The position numbers were made by a program, and so were the translations under genes. Positions 29,301-37,579 of a stretch of DNA of 64,000 nucleotides are shown piece by piece. Below the pieces are notes generated by a model, which was given only the letters and a program-made list of their open reading frames with translations, made no database searches and had not been told where the DNA came from. This DNA is from Candidatus Caldarchaeales archaeon (GTDB lineage: Archaea; Thermoproteota; Nitrososphaeria_A; Caldarchaeales; Calditenuaceae). Location of the stretch: the NCBI GenBank assembly GCA_039630085.1, contig JBCNVM010000007.1:1-64000 (forward strand). Direction: 5' to 3'. How positions within the stretch are numbered: position 1 is the first letter of the stretch; the number at the start of each line of letters is the position of its first letter.

Positions 29301-29781
29301 GGGGTTCAGGAGCACCGGGACCGAGGTGATGTACGACGGCCTCACCGGGAGGCGGTACGAGGTCGAGGTCTTCATAGGCGTCACTTTCTACCAGAGGCTC
29401 CACCACCTCGTCAGGGACAAGATCCACGCGAGGTCCAGGGGCCAGGTCCAGATGCTCACCCGCCAGCCGACCGAGGGCAGGGCGAGGGGAGGGGGCCTGA
29501 AGTTCGGGGAGATGGAGAGGGACTGCCTCCTCGCCTACGGCGCGAGCTACCTGCTCCTCGACAGGCTCCTCGAGCAGTCCGACAAGTACACCGTCTACTT
29601 CTGCGAGAAGTGCGGGCTCGCGGCCTACTACGACCTGAAGCAGGAGAGGCTCGTCTGCCCGATCCACGGGAAGAACCCGCCCGCGAAGCCGGTCACGCTC
29701 TCCTACGCCTTCTACCTGCTGCTGAACGAGCTGCTCTCGATGGGCATCTACCCGAAGGTCGTCCTGGAGGAGGTGGCCTGA
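26395..29781 (+). CDS. rpoB: RNA polymerase subunit B (Rpo2), unsplit
   Basis: GGYFIINGSERV, ETPEG, GDKFASRHGQKG, PSRMTVGQ, GGLKFGEMERD, C-terminal Zn finger. Confidence 0.98.
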   Translation: MKARPSPESLTHDDLWAVAKAIVEEEGLIAHHFRSYEYFVREGLERLLRSMSPQEIKTKQGVAYLYFREPEIGLPTIREVDGSERHYVTPNECRLRNISYTAPIYVRVTLKLDDQEIVRSERVQIGVLPIMVKSSVCPLSRMSEEELIAIGEDPTDPGGYFIINGSERVIVAIEDLAPNKVLITSKEQDGGVQYSAAVISISYGRQSKVEVTYKPGGPVRVFFAKIHKGIPLIVMLRALGMENDRQIAEFVSPLPEVQEMLIESFKEAEGIEDKKEALRFLGNRVAFGYAEEYRIERAEQMLDSNFLIHLGTNKEARFKKAVMLCDVVGKLLETAAGIRKPDDKDHYANKRLKLESQLLTELYRSALNKLIRDIRYQLERILVTRQPISLSTFIRPGIVNDVVLTAFSTGNWPGGRVGVTQILNRTNYLATVSHLRRVQSPLSRSQPHFEARDLHGTHWGRICPAETPEGANAGLVKNLALGAEVTVPLLKDEEEGLRERLWKLGLVSLMAVIEKRTAARRKELRTKVYINDELIGYHPDGRKLVRELKRMRRSGEVSQSVNVLFREYEHLSEVYIYSDEGRVRRPLVVVEDGEVKLKRHMAESVAQGTLKSRDLTAMGVIEYLDASEEDNAYTALRPEDVTKSHDYLEISPLMMMGVVAGIIPFSNHNQSPRNVYEASMAKQALGLPAISYPVRTDSRLHVMIYPQKALVKTKVMDLLGLDRRPIGQNFVVAVLTGYGYNIEDAVVLNRSAIERGLAVTMSYRTYEVEARQYLGGEKDRVAVPDPNVRGYRGEQYYRVLDRDGLAVPESEVTDGMVLVGVVSPPRFMEEYVRTPAREMVWRDASEAVRPSEVGIVDEIFASRTVEGNALIKPRVRALCFPEIGDKFASRHGQKGVIGMVFQQADLPYTESGIVPDLIINPHAFPSRMTVGQLIESLAGKLAALRGEPVDGSPFVGKGLEEIKRELEELGFRSTGTEVMYDGLTGRRYEVEVFIGVTFYQRLHHLVRDKIHARSRGQVQMLTRQPTEGRARGGGLKFGEMERDCLLAYGASYLLLDRLLEQSDKYTVYFCEKCGLAAYYDLKQERLVCPIHGKNPPAKPVTLSYAFYLLLNELLSMGIYPKVVLEEVA

Positions 29782-29782
29782 G

Positions 29783-32700
29783 ATGGTGAAGGGCTCGATA
29801 GCAGCGATCAAGTTCGGGCTCCTCTCGCCGGAGATGATCCGGAGCATGGCCGTCGCTGAGATCTCCAACCCCGAGACCTACGACGAGGACGGTGCCCCGA
29901 TCGCGACCGGCGTGATGGACCCGAGGCTAGGGACCCTCGAGCCCGGACAGAGGTGCAAGACCTGCGGGAACACCTACCTTAACTGCCCCGGGCACTTCGG
30001 GTACATCGAGCTGGCAGTCCCGGTGATCCACATAGGCTACGTCAAGGTCATCCACGAGCTCCTCAGGTCGACGTGCAGGTCCTGCGGGAGGCTCCTGCTC
30101 TCCGAAGAGCAGATCTCCAAGCTCAAGGCCGAGGTCGAGAGGCTCAGGGCCGAGAACAGGCAGTACAGGCACGTCTTCTACAGGGCGAAGCAGACCGCGA
30201 TGTCGGCCAACGTCTGCCCGCACTGCGGCGAGAAGCAGGTCAAGGTCGAGCTGGAGAAGCCGATGACCTTCTACGAGGCGACAGCGCAGGGGATGGTGAG
30301 GCTGACCGCGAACGTCGTCAGGCAGAGGCTCGAGAAGATACCAGACGGGGACCTGGAGCTCCTCGACCTGGACCCGAAGAGCGCCCGACCCGAGTGGATG
30401 GTCCTGACGGTCCTTCCGGTGCCGCCGGTCTACGTGAGGCCCTCGATCACCCTCGAGACCGGTTACAGGTCCGAGGACGACCTCACCCACAAGCTCGTCG
30501 ACATCCTGAGGGTCAACCAGAGGCTGAGGGACGCGATAGCCTCGGGGGCGCCGTCCCCGGTGATAATCGAGCTGGCCGACCTGCTCCAGTACCACGTCAC
30601 GACCTACATCAACAACGAGGTCCCGAACCTGGCCCCTGCGCAGCACAGGTCCGGCAGGATCCTCAAGACGCTGGCCCAGAGGCTCAAGGGGAAGGAGGGG
30701 AGGTTCAGGCTCAACCTCTCCGGGAAGAGGGTCGACTTCTCCGCGAGGACCGTCATCTCGCCGGACCCGAACATCGACATCGACGAGGTCGGAGTCCCGA
30801 TAGAGGTCGCGATGCAGCTCACGGTCCCCGAGTCCGTGACGCCCTGGAACAGGGAGAAGCTCAAGCAGCTGGTCAGGAACGGCCCCTACAGTTACCCCGG
30901 GGCGAGGTACGTCGTGAGGCCCGACAAGAGGATCATCAGGCTGAAGTTCGTCCAGGACCTGAACGAGCTCGCGGAGCAGCTAGACGTCGGTTGGGTCGTC
31001 GAGAGGCACCTGATGGACGGGGACATAGTGCTCTTCAACAGGCAGCCCAGCCTCCACAGGATCTCGATCATGGCCCACAGGGTCAAGGTCCTCCCCTTCA
31101 AGACCTTCAGGCTGAACCTGATGGTCTGCACGCCCTACAACGCCGACTTCGACGGCGACGAGATGAACCTCCACGTCCCGCAGAGCGAGGAGGCCCAAGC
31201 CGAGGCCAGACTGCTGCTGCAGGTCCAGAGGAACGTGATCTCGCCGAGGTACGGAGCACCTATCATCGGCGCCATCAGGGACTTCCTCACCTCCTCCTAC
31301 CTGCTGACCGCGAAGGCTGAGCTCGACAAGCAGTTCGTCGGCTCCCTGCTCGCGGCCGCGGGCTACTCCGGACCTCTGCCCCCGCCGAAGGGGTCTGAAG
31401 GGAGGTGGAAGGGGTCCCAGGTCTTCAGCCTCCTGCTCCCGAGGGGCCTCAGCTACGAGGGTCAGGCCGCCTTCAGCCCGGACGACAGGGTTGTCGTTAG
31501 GAACGGTGAGCTGGTCGAGGGTTACGCCGACAAGGCGCTGATCGGCGTGGAGCGGCCCAACAGCCTCCTCCACAGGATCGCGAGGGACTACGGGCCCGAC
31601 GAGGTCGCGAGGTTCCTCAACTCCCTGATCAGGCTCGCGAACACCTACATCAACCTCAGGGGCTTCACGCTGGGCATCGAGGACCTCACGGTCCCGCCGA
31701 GGCTCTACGAGGAGAAGGCCAGGGTGATCGAGCTGATGGAGCGGGAGTACCAGAACCTCTGGAAGAGCTACGTCGATGGCACGATCGAGGTGGGACCCGG
31801 TCAGACGCCGGAGAGGGCCTTCGAGGGCCACCTCCTCGAGCTTCTCTCCAGGGTCAGGGACAGGATAGGCTCGACGATAAGGAAGCACTTCCCGCCGACC
31901 AACCCGATCGTCGTGATGGCCAGGGTGGGTGCGAGGGGGAGCAGCCTCAACATCGACCAGATGACCGCGATCGTCGGGCAGCAGGCCGTCAGGAGGGAGA
32001 GGCCGAGCAGGGGCTTCACCGACAGGGTCCTGTCCCACTTCAAGCCCGGCGACCTCTCGCCCCCGGCCAGGGGCTTCGTCTACGACGCGTTCATCACGGG
32101 CCTCGACCCGATCGAGTTCTTCTTCCACATGATGGGAGGGAGGGACGGGCTCGTCGACACCGCGGTGAGGACCCAGCAGAGCGGTTACATGCAGCGGAGG
32201 CTGATCAACGCGCTCGAGTCGCTCTACGTCGAGTTCGACGGCTCGGTCAGGACCTCCGACACCAAGCGGATCGTCCAGTTCGTCTACGGCGAGGACGGCG
32301 TCGACCCCGCGAAGAGCGACCACGGCATGCCCTTCACCCCGAGTGTGATAGTCGCGAAGGTCCTCGGCGAGGCCAAACCCTCCGGTCATCCGGCGATCGA
32401 GGAGGAGGTTGATAGGGTCGCCTCGGGCTACAGGGACCTCATCCCGCCGAGGTGGCTCGAAGAGCTAGTCAGGGCGGTGAAGGCCAAGAGGGTTCCCTCC
32501 GACGTCCTCGAGCAGGTCTTCAGGCTGGCCTACCAGGCCTACCTCCAGAGCCTCGTCGAGGTCGGCGACCCCGTCGGGATAGTCGCGGCCCAGTCGATAG
32601 GCGAGCCCGGGACCCAGCTGACGCTCAGGACCTTCCACTTCGCGGGGGTGAGGGAGCAGAGCATCCTCCTGGGACTTCCGAGGCTGATCGAGATCGTCGA

Positions 32701-33574
32701 CGCGAGGAGGGAGCCCTCGACCCCGATAATGAGGATCCACCTGAGGCCGCCGCACAGTTCAGACCCGAAGCTCGCGAAGCAGGTCGCGAGGAACATCCAG
32801 TCCACCTACCTCAGGGACGTCGTCACGTCCTTCAGCGTCGACCTGAGGAAGGGCCAGCTGGTGATGAAGCTGGACCCGGAGGCGATGAGGGAGCTCGGGG
32901 TCACCAGGAAGCACCTCGAGTCGGCCCTCAAGCAGTACTCCCCGCAGGTCCTGGAGAGGGAGCTCAGGGTCACGGTGCCGAAGGAGCACCTCACCGACGT
33001 GACATCGTTCAGGGAGAGCGTCCTCTCGGCGAAGGTGAAGGGCCTGAGGAAGATCACGAAGGCCATCGTGAAGCGGGAGGGCGACGAGTACTACATCGAG
33101 ACCGAGGGCTCCAACCTGAAGGATGTCCTGAGCGTCCCGGAGGTGGACCCGAGGAGGGTCAAGACCAACGACATCCACGAGGTCGCGGAGGTCCTGGGGA
33201 TAGAGGCCGCGAGGGCCCTCATCATCGACGAGATAGTCAACGTCCTGAAGGAGCAGGGGCTCGACGTGGACGTGAGGCACATCATGCTGGTGGCGGACAT
33301 GATGACCGTCGACGGCTCCGTCAAGCAGATCGGGAGGCACGGCGTCGTGAGGCTGAAGAGCAGCGTCCTCGCGAGGGCCGCGTTCGAGATAAGCGTCCAG
33401 ACCCTCCTCGAGGCGGCGATGAGGGGCGAGACGGACTACCTCAAGAGCAACGTGGAGAGGATACTGATGGGGAAGGAGGTGCCCGTCGGGACCGGGATGG
33501 TCCAGCTCCTGATGAGGTACGTCCCCCCGATGGGGTCTCAGCCCTCGGGAGAGCAGCAGAACAACGGGTCCTGA
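29783..33574 (+). CDS. rpoA: RNA polymerase largest subunit (Rpo1), A' and A'' in one ORF
   Basis: CPGHFG, GKRVDFSAR, YNADFDGDEMN, GLVDTAVRT, then A''-type AAQSIGEPGTQLTLRTFH and RAAFE in the same frame. Confidence 0.98.
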   Translation: MVKGSIAAIKFGLLSPEMIRSMAVAEISNPETYDEDGAPIATGVMDPRLGTLEPGQRCKTCGNTYLNCPGHFGYIELAVPVIHIGYVKVIHELLRSTCRSCGRLLLSEEQISKLKAEVERLRAENRQYRHVFYRAKQTAMSANVCPHCGEKQVKVELEKPMTFYEATAQGMVRLTANVVRQRLEKIPDGDLELLDLDPKSARPEWMVLTVLPVPPVYVRPSITLETGYRSEDDLTHKLVDILRVNQRLRDAIASGAPSPVIIELADLLQYHVTTYINNEVPNLAPAQHRSGRILKTLAQRLKGKEGRFRLNLSGKRVDFSARTVISPDPNIDIDEVGVPIEVAMQLTVPESVTPWNREKLKQLVRNGPYSYPGARYVVRPDKRIIRLKFVQDLNELAEQLDVGWVVERHLMDGDIVLFNRQPSLHRISIMAHRVKVLPFKTFRLNLMVCTPYNADFDGDEMNLHVPQSEEAQAEARLLLQVQRNVISPRYGAPIIGAIRDFLTSSYLLTAKAELDKQFVGSLLAAAGYSGPLPPPKGSEGRWKGSQVFSLLLPRGLSYEGQAAFSPDDRVVVRNGELVEGYADKALIGVERPNSLLHRIARDYGPDEVARFLNSLIRLANTYINLRGFTLGIEDLTVPPRLYEEKARVIELMEREYQNLWKSYVDGTIEVGPGQTPERAFEGHLLELLSRVRDRIGSTIRKHFPPTNPIVVMARVGARGSSLNIDQMTAIVGQQAVRRERPSRGFTDRVLSHFKPGDLSPPARGFVYDAFITGLDPIEFFFHMMGGRDGLVDTAVRTQQSGYMQRRLINALESLYVEFDGSVRTSDTKRIVQFVYGEDGVDPAKSDHGMPFTPSVIVAKVLGEAKPSGHPAIEEEVDRVASGYRDLIPPRWLEELVRAVKAKRVPSDVLEQVFRLAYQAYLQSLVEVGDPVGIVAAQSIGEPGTQLTLRTFHFAGVREQSILLGLPRLIEIVDARREPSTPIMRIHLRPPHSSDPKLAKQVARNIQSTYLRDVVTSFSVDLRKGQLVMKLDPEAMRELGVTRKHLESALKQYSPQVLERELRVTVPKEHLTDVTSFRESVLSAKVKGLRKITKAIVKREGDEYYIETEGSNLKDVLSVPEVDPRRVKTNDIHEVAEVLGIEAARALIIDEIVNVLKEQGLDVDVRHIMLVADMMTVDGSVKQIGRHGVVRLKSSVLARAAFEISVQTLLEAAMRGETDYLKSNVERILMGKEVPVGTGMVQLLMRYVPPMGSQPSGEQQNNGS

Positions 33575-33587
33575 ACTCCCCCGGCCC

Positions 33588-36206
33588 TTATTCGGTCCTC
33601 TCCGGGTCCTTCCTTCCTCTCTTCGCTCTGGGGACGCCGGAGGCCAGATAGGACGCGGCCCAGGCTCCCGCAGCGACCGTCGACCAGCCGTAGAGCCCCA
33701 GCGGGACCCTCAGGACCTCCTCCTCGGAGCCGGTGAGCTCCATCGGCGATCCGAGGCCCTCGACCCTGACCGCCCTCGGCGACGTCCCCACGACCTCGAG
33801 CTCGACCCTTCCGTCCCAGCCGGCGGTCGCCCTCCGCTCGACGACACCGAGCCCGTTGAGGAGCTCCACGCCGACTCCCGGCGCGGGCAGTCCGAAGACG
33901 TCCACCGCCTTCACCGAGACCGACCTCCTCAGGGGCCTCACCTCGTAGACCCCCTCGGAGGACTCGTGGACCTCGAGCCCTCCCGACTGGAGGACCGCTC
34001 CCCTCCAAGCGACCGCCTCGACGGACCACCCTCCGGACGGCAGAAGCGCCGGGACGTTCAGGGGCACTGCAACCGAGGGCCCTCCGAGGTCAACGAGGAC
34101 CGACCCTCCCTCGAGGCCACGGGTCGTGAAGGACACCGGCCTCAGCTCGACGTAGACCGCCTCCAGCTCGACCGCCGACTCCACGACCAGGGACCTCTGC
34201 GGGTTAAGGGTGCCGTCGGACCAGCCCGCGAACGCCCAGACGGAGCCCCCGGACTCGAGGAACGGAGGAGCCGAGACCGCGAGGACCGATCCCTTCCTCT
34301 CCCAGCCCTCATACCCGACGAGGCCGCCGAGCCTCACCCTGACCAGCGCCTCCTCGACCCAGTTCGCGACCAGTACGACCGGGCCTTCCACTATGACCTC
34401 CACCTCCCTCGAGTCGGGAGCGAACCGCCCTGTCCACCCGAGGAACCTGTAGCGGACGCCGGCGGGCAGGACGACCTGCTCCGGGACCGAGATCCTCAGC
34501 CTCGAGCCCTCGTCGAGCCAGGAGCTCATCGCGTGCTCCGGGACATCGGACCTCACGACCAGCAGGTACTGCCTCGCGTAGTTCGCGGTGACCGACGTCG
34601 GCCCCTTCACGACCAGCTGGGTCCTCGGGGAGCTCGGCGAGACGACGTCTCCCGTCCAGCCCCTGAAGCTGAGCCTCGTGCCGTTCCCGAACTCGACGGA
34701 CTCCTCGGCGACGACCTCTGCCCGATCACCCTCCCTCCGCCAGAGCTCCCTGACATCTCCGGTCCAGCCGTTGACCACCCTCACGAGGTGCTGCCTCTCC
34801 AGCATCGCGGCCGCGTCGACCGGCGCCCTCACGACCAGCTCCGTGACGGTGCCGTTGCTGATCGGGTCGAAGATTCCGATGCCCACGAGCCTCGTGCCGT
34901 TCCCGAAGTCGAGGACAGAGAAGCCCGTGAGCTCCTCGAGCCTCAGGGCCCTTCCCTCCTCCACCCAGCCCTCCCAGCTCCCCAGCGCCGAGAGGTCGAC
35001 CCTAACGTGGTAGAGCCTGACGTACGCCGCCCTCAGGCTTACAGGCCGCTGGACCGTCAACTCGAGCCGCGGGCCCTCGACCACCACGTCTCCCTCCCAG
35101 CCGAGGAACCTCAGACGCGTCCTGTTCCCGAAGTCGATCAGCTCGGGCGTCTCCACGACGACCCTCGAGCCCCTGTCGTGCCACTCCTCCCGCGCGGCGA
35201 CGGGAGTCTCGATTCTGACGAGGAACTGCGTGACGTACTTCGCTACCACGGTCATGTGGTCCCGCGGCCTTAAGACCAGAGTCGAGCTCCCGGAGACCTC
35301 CCTGCCGTTCGAGTACCACCCGACGAACCTGTAGCGCGTCCTCGGGTCACCGGAGCTCATGAACTCGCTCGAGGTCAGGCTGACCTGCTCTCCGGGCTCG
35401 ACCAGTATCTCATGCCTGAGCGTTGGAGGGCCGTCGTCTATCTGCGTCATCACCTTCACTCTGATCTTGATGGGGAACCCGTCGGGGCCGAGGAGGTACC
35501 TGTACGGGAGCGTCGAGGGGAGCGTGACCGAGCTCGGGACGCTGAAGCTCCCCGTCTGGAGCCAGGAGTAGGCGACCGCGAGGGCGTAGAGGTTCAGCGT
35601 CGAGGGCTTCGAGTCGCGGACGACGTACTGGTACATTAGGTCCTCGGAGCTGTCGGAGTGGTCGAGGCCCAGAGCGTGCCCGAGCTCGTGCGCGGTCACG
35701 ACCTTGATTAGGTTCGCGTCGGTCCCTACGCACCTCAGGGAGACCTCGACCCTCGAGTAGGTGATCTCCCTCGCCCGGCCGTACAGGTATGCCCTCCCGC
35801 AGACCCTGGGTCCCAAGTCGCCGACGAAGTGGACCGTGATGTCGCCCGAGGAGCCGTTGACGCCGCTCACGTAGGTCACCAGCCGCAGCGAGTTCAGGTG
35901 CTCGTGGCCGTAGAGGGCCGTGAAGACCCTGATCGACCTCGACCACCACCTCACCGCCTCGACCGCGAGCTCGGCGTAGATCGGGTTCTGGTCCGGGTGT
36001 ATCAGGACCGAGATCTCGCTCTTCCTCCAGGCCCCTATCAGCCCGATGGAGGGCGCGGGCGTGACGTCGAGGGCCTCCTCTACCTCGCTGAGGAGCGCGT
36101 ACCTGTATGCCTCCCACCAGTACTCGTTTGACGGGCCCGGATCCGGGACGATGACCAACAGGACGAGCGCCAGCGCTATCGCTGATCCCTTCCGCACCTC
36201 CCGCAC
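33588..36206 (-). CDS. Surface-anchored matrixin-like (M10) zinc metalloprotease with repeated beta domains
   Basis: Signal peptide, HELGHALGLDH plus Met-turn DLMY, repeated (D/E)FGNxTRxxFxGW units, C-terminal hydrophobic segment and basic tail. Confidence 0.85.
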   Translation of the reverse strand: MREVRKGSAIALALVLLVIVPDPGPSNEYWWEAYRYALLSEVEEALDVTPAPSIGLIGAWRKSEISVLIHPDQNPIYAELAVEAVRWWSRSIRVFTALYGHEHLNSLRLVTYVSGVNGSSGDITVHFVGDLGPRVCGRAYLYGRAREITYSRVEVSLRCVGTDANLIKVVTAHELGHALGLDHSDSSEDLMYQYVVRDSKPSTLNLYALAVAYSWLQTGSFSVPSSVTLPSTLPYRYLLGPDGFPIKIRVKVMTQIDDGPPTLRHEILVEPGEQVSLTSSEFMSSGDPRTRYRFVGWYSNGREVSGSSTLVLRPRDHMTVVAKYVTQFLVRIETPVAAREEWHDRGSRVVVETPELIDFGNRTRLRFLGWEGDVVVEGPRLELTVQRPVSLRAAYVRLYHVRVDLSALGSWEGWVEEGRALRLEELTGFSVLDFGNGTRLVGIGIFDPISNGTVTELVVRAPVDAAAMLERQHLVRVVNGWTGDVRELWRREGDRAEVVAEESVEFGNGTRLSFRGWTGDVVSPSSPRTQLVVKGPTSVTANYARQYLLVVRSDVPEHAMSSWLDEGSRLRISVPEQVVLPAGVRYRFLGWTGRFAPDSREVEVIVEGPVVLVANWVEEALVRVRLGGLVGYEGWERKGSVLAVSAPPFLESGGSVWAFAGWSDGTLNPQRSLVVESAVELEAVYVELRPVSFTTRGLEGGSVLVDLGGPSVAVPLNVPALLPSGGWSVEAVAWRGAVLQSGGLEVHESSEGVYEVRPLRRSVSVKAVDVFGLPAPGVGVELLNGLGVVERRATAGWDGRVELEVVGTSPRAVRVEGLGSPMELTGSEEEVLRVPLGLYGWSTVAAGAWAASYLASGVPRAKRGRKDPERTE

Positions 36207-36301
36207 CGGCCCTTCTCAGCCTGAGCCCTCCCGCTATCAAGCCTTTCCCCGCCGCTTCGGAGAGGAAGACGTTTTACCGGGGCCGAGCTCGAAGTCGGGG
36301 C

Positions 36302-37168
36302 TTGAGGGCCTACAACCCGTTCGTCGGGTGGGTCGAGTTCCGGGACAGGCCGGAGAGGATCGTCAGCCTGAACCCCTCGATCACCGAGACGCTCTTCGAG
36401 CTCGGCGCCGGCGAGAGGGTCGTCGGGGTCTCGTCGTGGTGCCACAGGCCGAAGGAGGCGCTGAGCAGGCCGAAGGTCGGGAGCTACACGGTGGTCCTCG
36501 AGGAGAGGCTGCGTCAGCTCAGCCCGGACTTGATCTTCACCACCACCGGCGCCCAGAGGGAGGCCCTCCTGAAGCTCCTGGAGCTCGGCTACCCCACCTA
36601 TCCGATACCCTACCCCAAGGACCTCTACGGAATCCTCTCGATGTTCTCGGAGGTCGGAGGCCTGATCGGCGAGAACTCGAGGGCGCTGGAGCTCTGCAGG
36701 TCCGGCGTCGAGCAGATCGGCCGGCTCGCGACCATGAGGGAGAGGGGCGCGGGCGTGAGACCGCCTAGGGTCTACGTCGAGATCGACCTCGGAGGCCCGA
36801 CCGTCCCGGCCTACTTCAACCACATCACCCACGCCCTTTACGTCGCGGGGATCGAGAACGTCCTTCTCGGCAGGTCGGTCGACTACCTCTACGGCATGAA
36901 GGTCGGAGAGCACGAGGTCTTCGATGTCGCCTCTGAGCTGAGGAGGCTCGACCCGGACGTGATCGTCTTCGAGTCGAAGAGCTTCCACCCGAACCCCAGA
37001 GAGGGCCTCGAGGTCATGGAGGGGAGGGGTCTGGGAGACCTGAGGTCCGTCAGAGAGGAGAAGGTCGTCACTCTTCCCGCGGACACCCTGGCGCACTACG
37101 GCCCTTCGTTCCTGAGGGAGGTCGGAGGCGTCTGCGAGGGGATCTGGTCCCTTTACCTCAGGGGTTAG
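36302..37168 (+). CDS. Helical-backbone metal/cobalamin-binding protein (BtuF/TroA-like)
   Basis: PERIVSLNPSITETLFELGAGERVVGVS, LSPDLI, DPDVIV, HYGPS. Confidence 0.85.
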   Translation: MRAYNPFVGWVEFRDRPERIVSLNPSITETLFELGAGERVVGVSSWCHRPKEALSRPKVGSYTVVLEERLRQLSPDLIFTTTGAQREALLKLLELGYPTYPIPYPKDLYGILSMFSEVGGLIGENSRALELCRSGVEQIGRLATMRERGAGVRPPRVYVEIDLGGPTVPAYFNHITHALYVAGIENVLLGRSVDYLYGMKVGEHEVFDVASELRRLDPDVIVFESKSFHPNPREGLEVMEGRGLGDLRSVREEKVVTLPADTLAHYGPSFLREVGGVCEGIWSLYLRG

Positions 37169-37185
37169 TCCTGGCAGCCGTGAGC

Positions 37186-37204
37186 GGGTCCACAGTAGGA
37201 CCCG
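37186..37204 (+). terminator. GC hairpin just downstream of the btuF-like gene
   Basis: CGGGTCC-ACAGTA-GGACCCG shortly after the stop codon; no U-tract; coordinates approximate to 1-2 nt. Confidence 0.35.
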
Positions 37205-37339
37205 AACGTCGTTAGGACTTCACCGCTTCACCGGAGGTCGGTGGAGGGTTCGACTCGTCGTCGCGTCGGCTGTGAACCGTGAAGCATGACGGAAGTGGAT
37301 CCTCAGCAGCTCCTGCCCGAGTTAGGCCGGCCTCTCGAC

Positions 37340-37360
37340 ACCCCTTCACTTCCGGTGGAG
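37340..37360 (-). promoter_or_regulatory. ORB element 1
   Basis: CTCCACCGGAAGTGAAGGGGT matches the ORB pattern TCCAnnGGAA...G-string. Confidence 0.85.
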
Positions 37361-37379
37361 CCTGTGGAGCCCGCACTTC

Positions 37380-37400
37380 CTCCAAGGGAAACTCAGGGGT
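37380..37400 (+). promoter_or_regulatory. ORB element 2
   Basis: CTCCAAGGGAAACTCAGGGGT. Confidence 0.88.
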
Positions 37401-37445
37401 CTCCGAGCGCGCCCTCGACGCTGTGAAAGGCTGTGAAGGCTCCCC

Positions 37446-37466
37446 TCCCCTTTGCTTCCCGTGGAT
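37446..37466 (-). promoter_or_regulatory. ORB element 3
   Basis: ATCCACGGGAAGCAAAGGGGA. Confidence 0.85.
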
Positions 37467-37579
37467 GACGTGGTGTTTAGGGGATCTTCGAGGGGATCCG
37501 TGGAATATACTGTTATATTGTGTATGTGATGCATTCACTACACGTTATAATCCGACGCGCCCGGACTTCTCCACCGGTC

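Larger units (their letters stand above)
37340..37551. other. Chromosomal replication origin (oriC) upstream of cdc6
   Basis: Three ORB-like elements, AT-rich tract 37503-37551, adjacent cdc6 and DP1. Confidence 0.85.
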
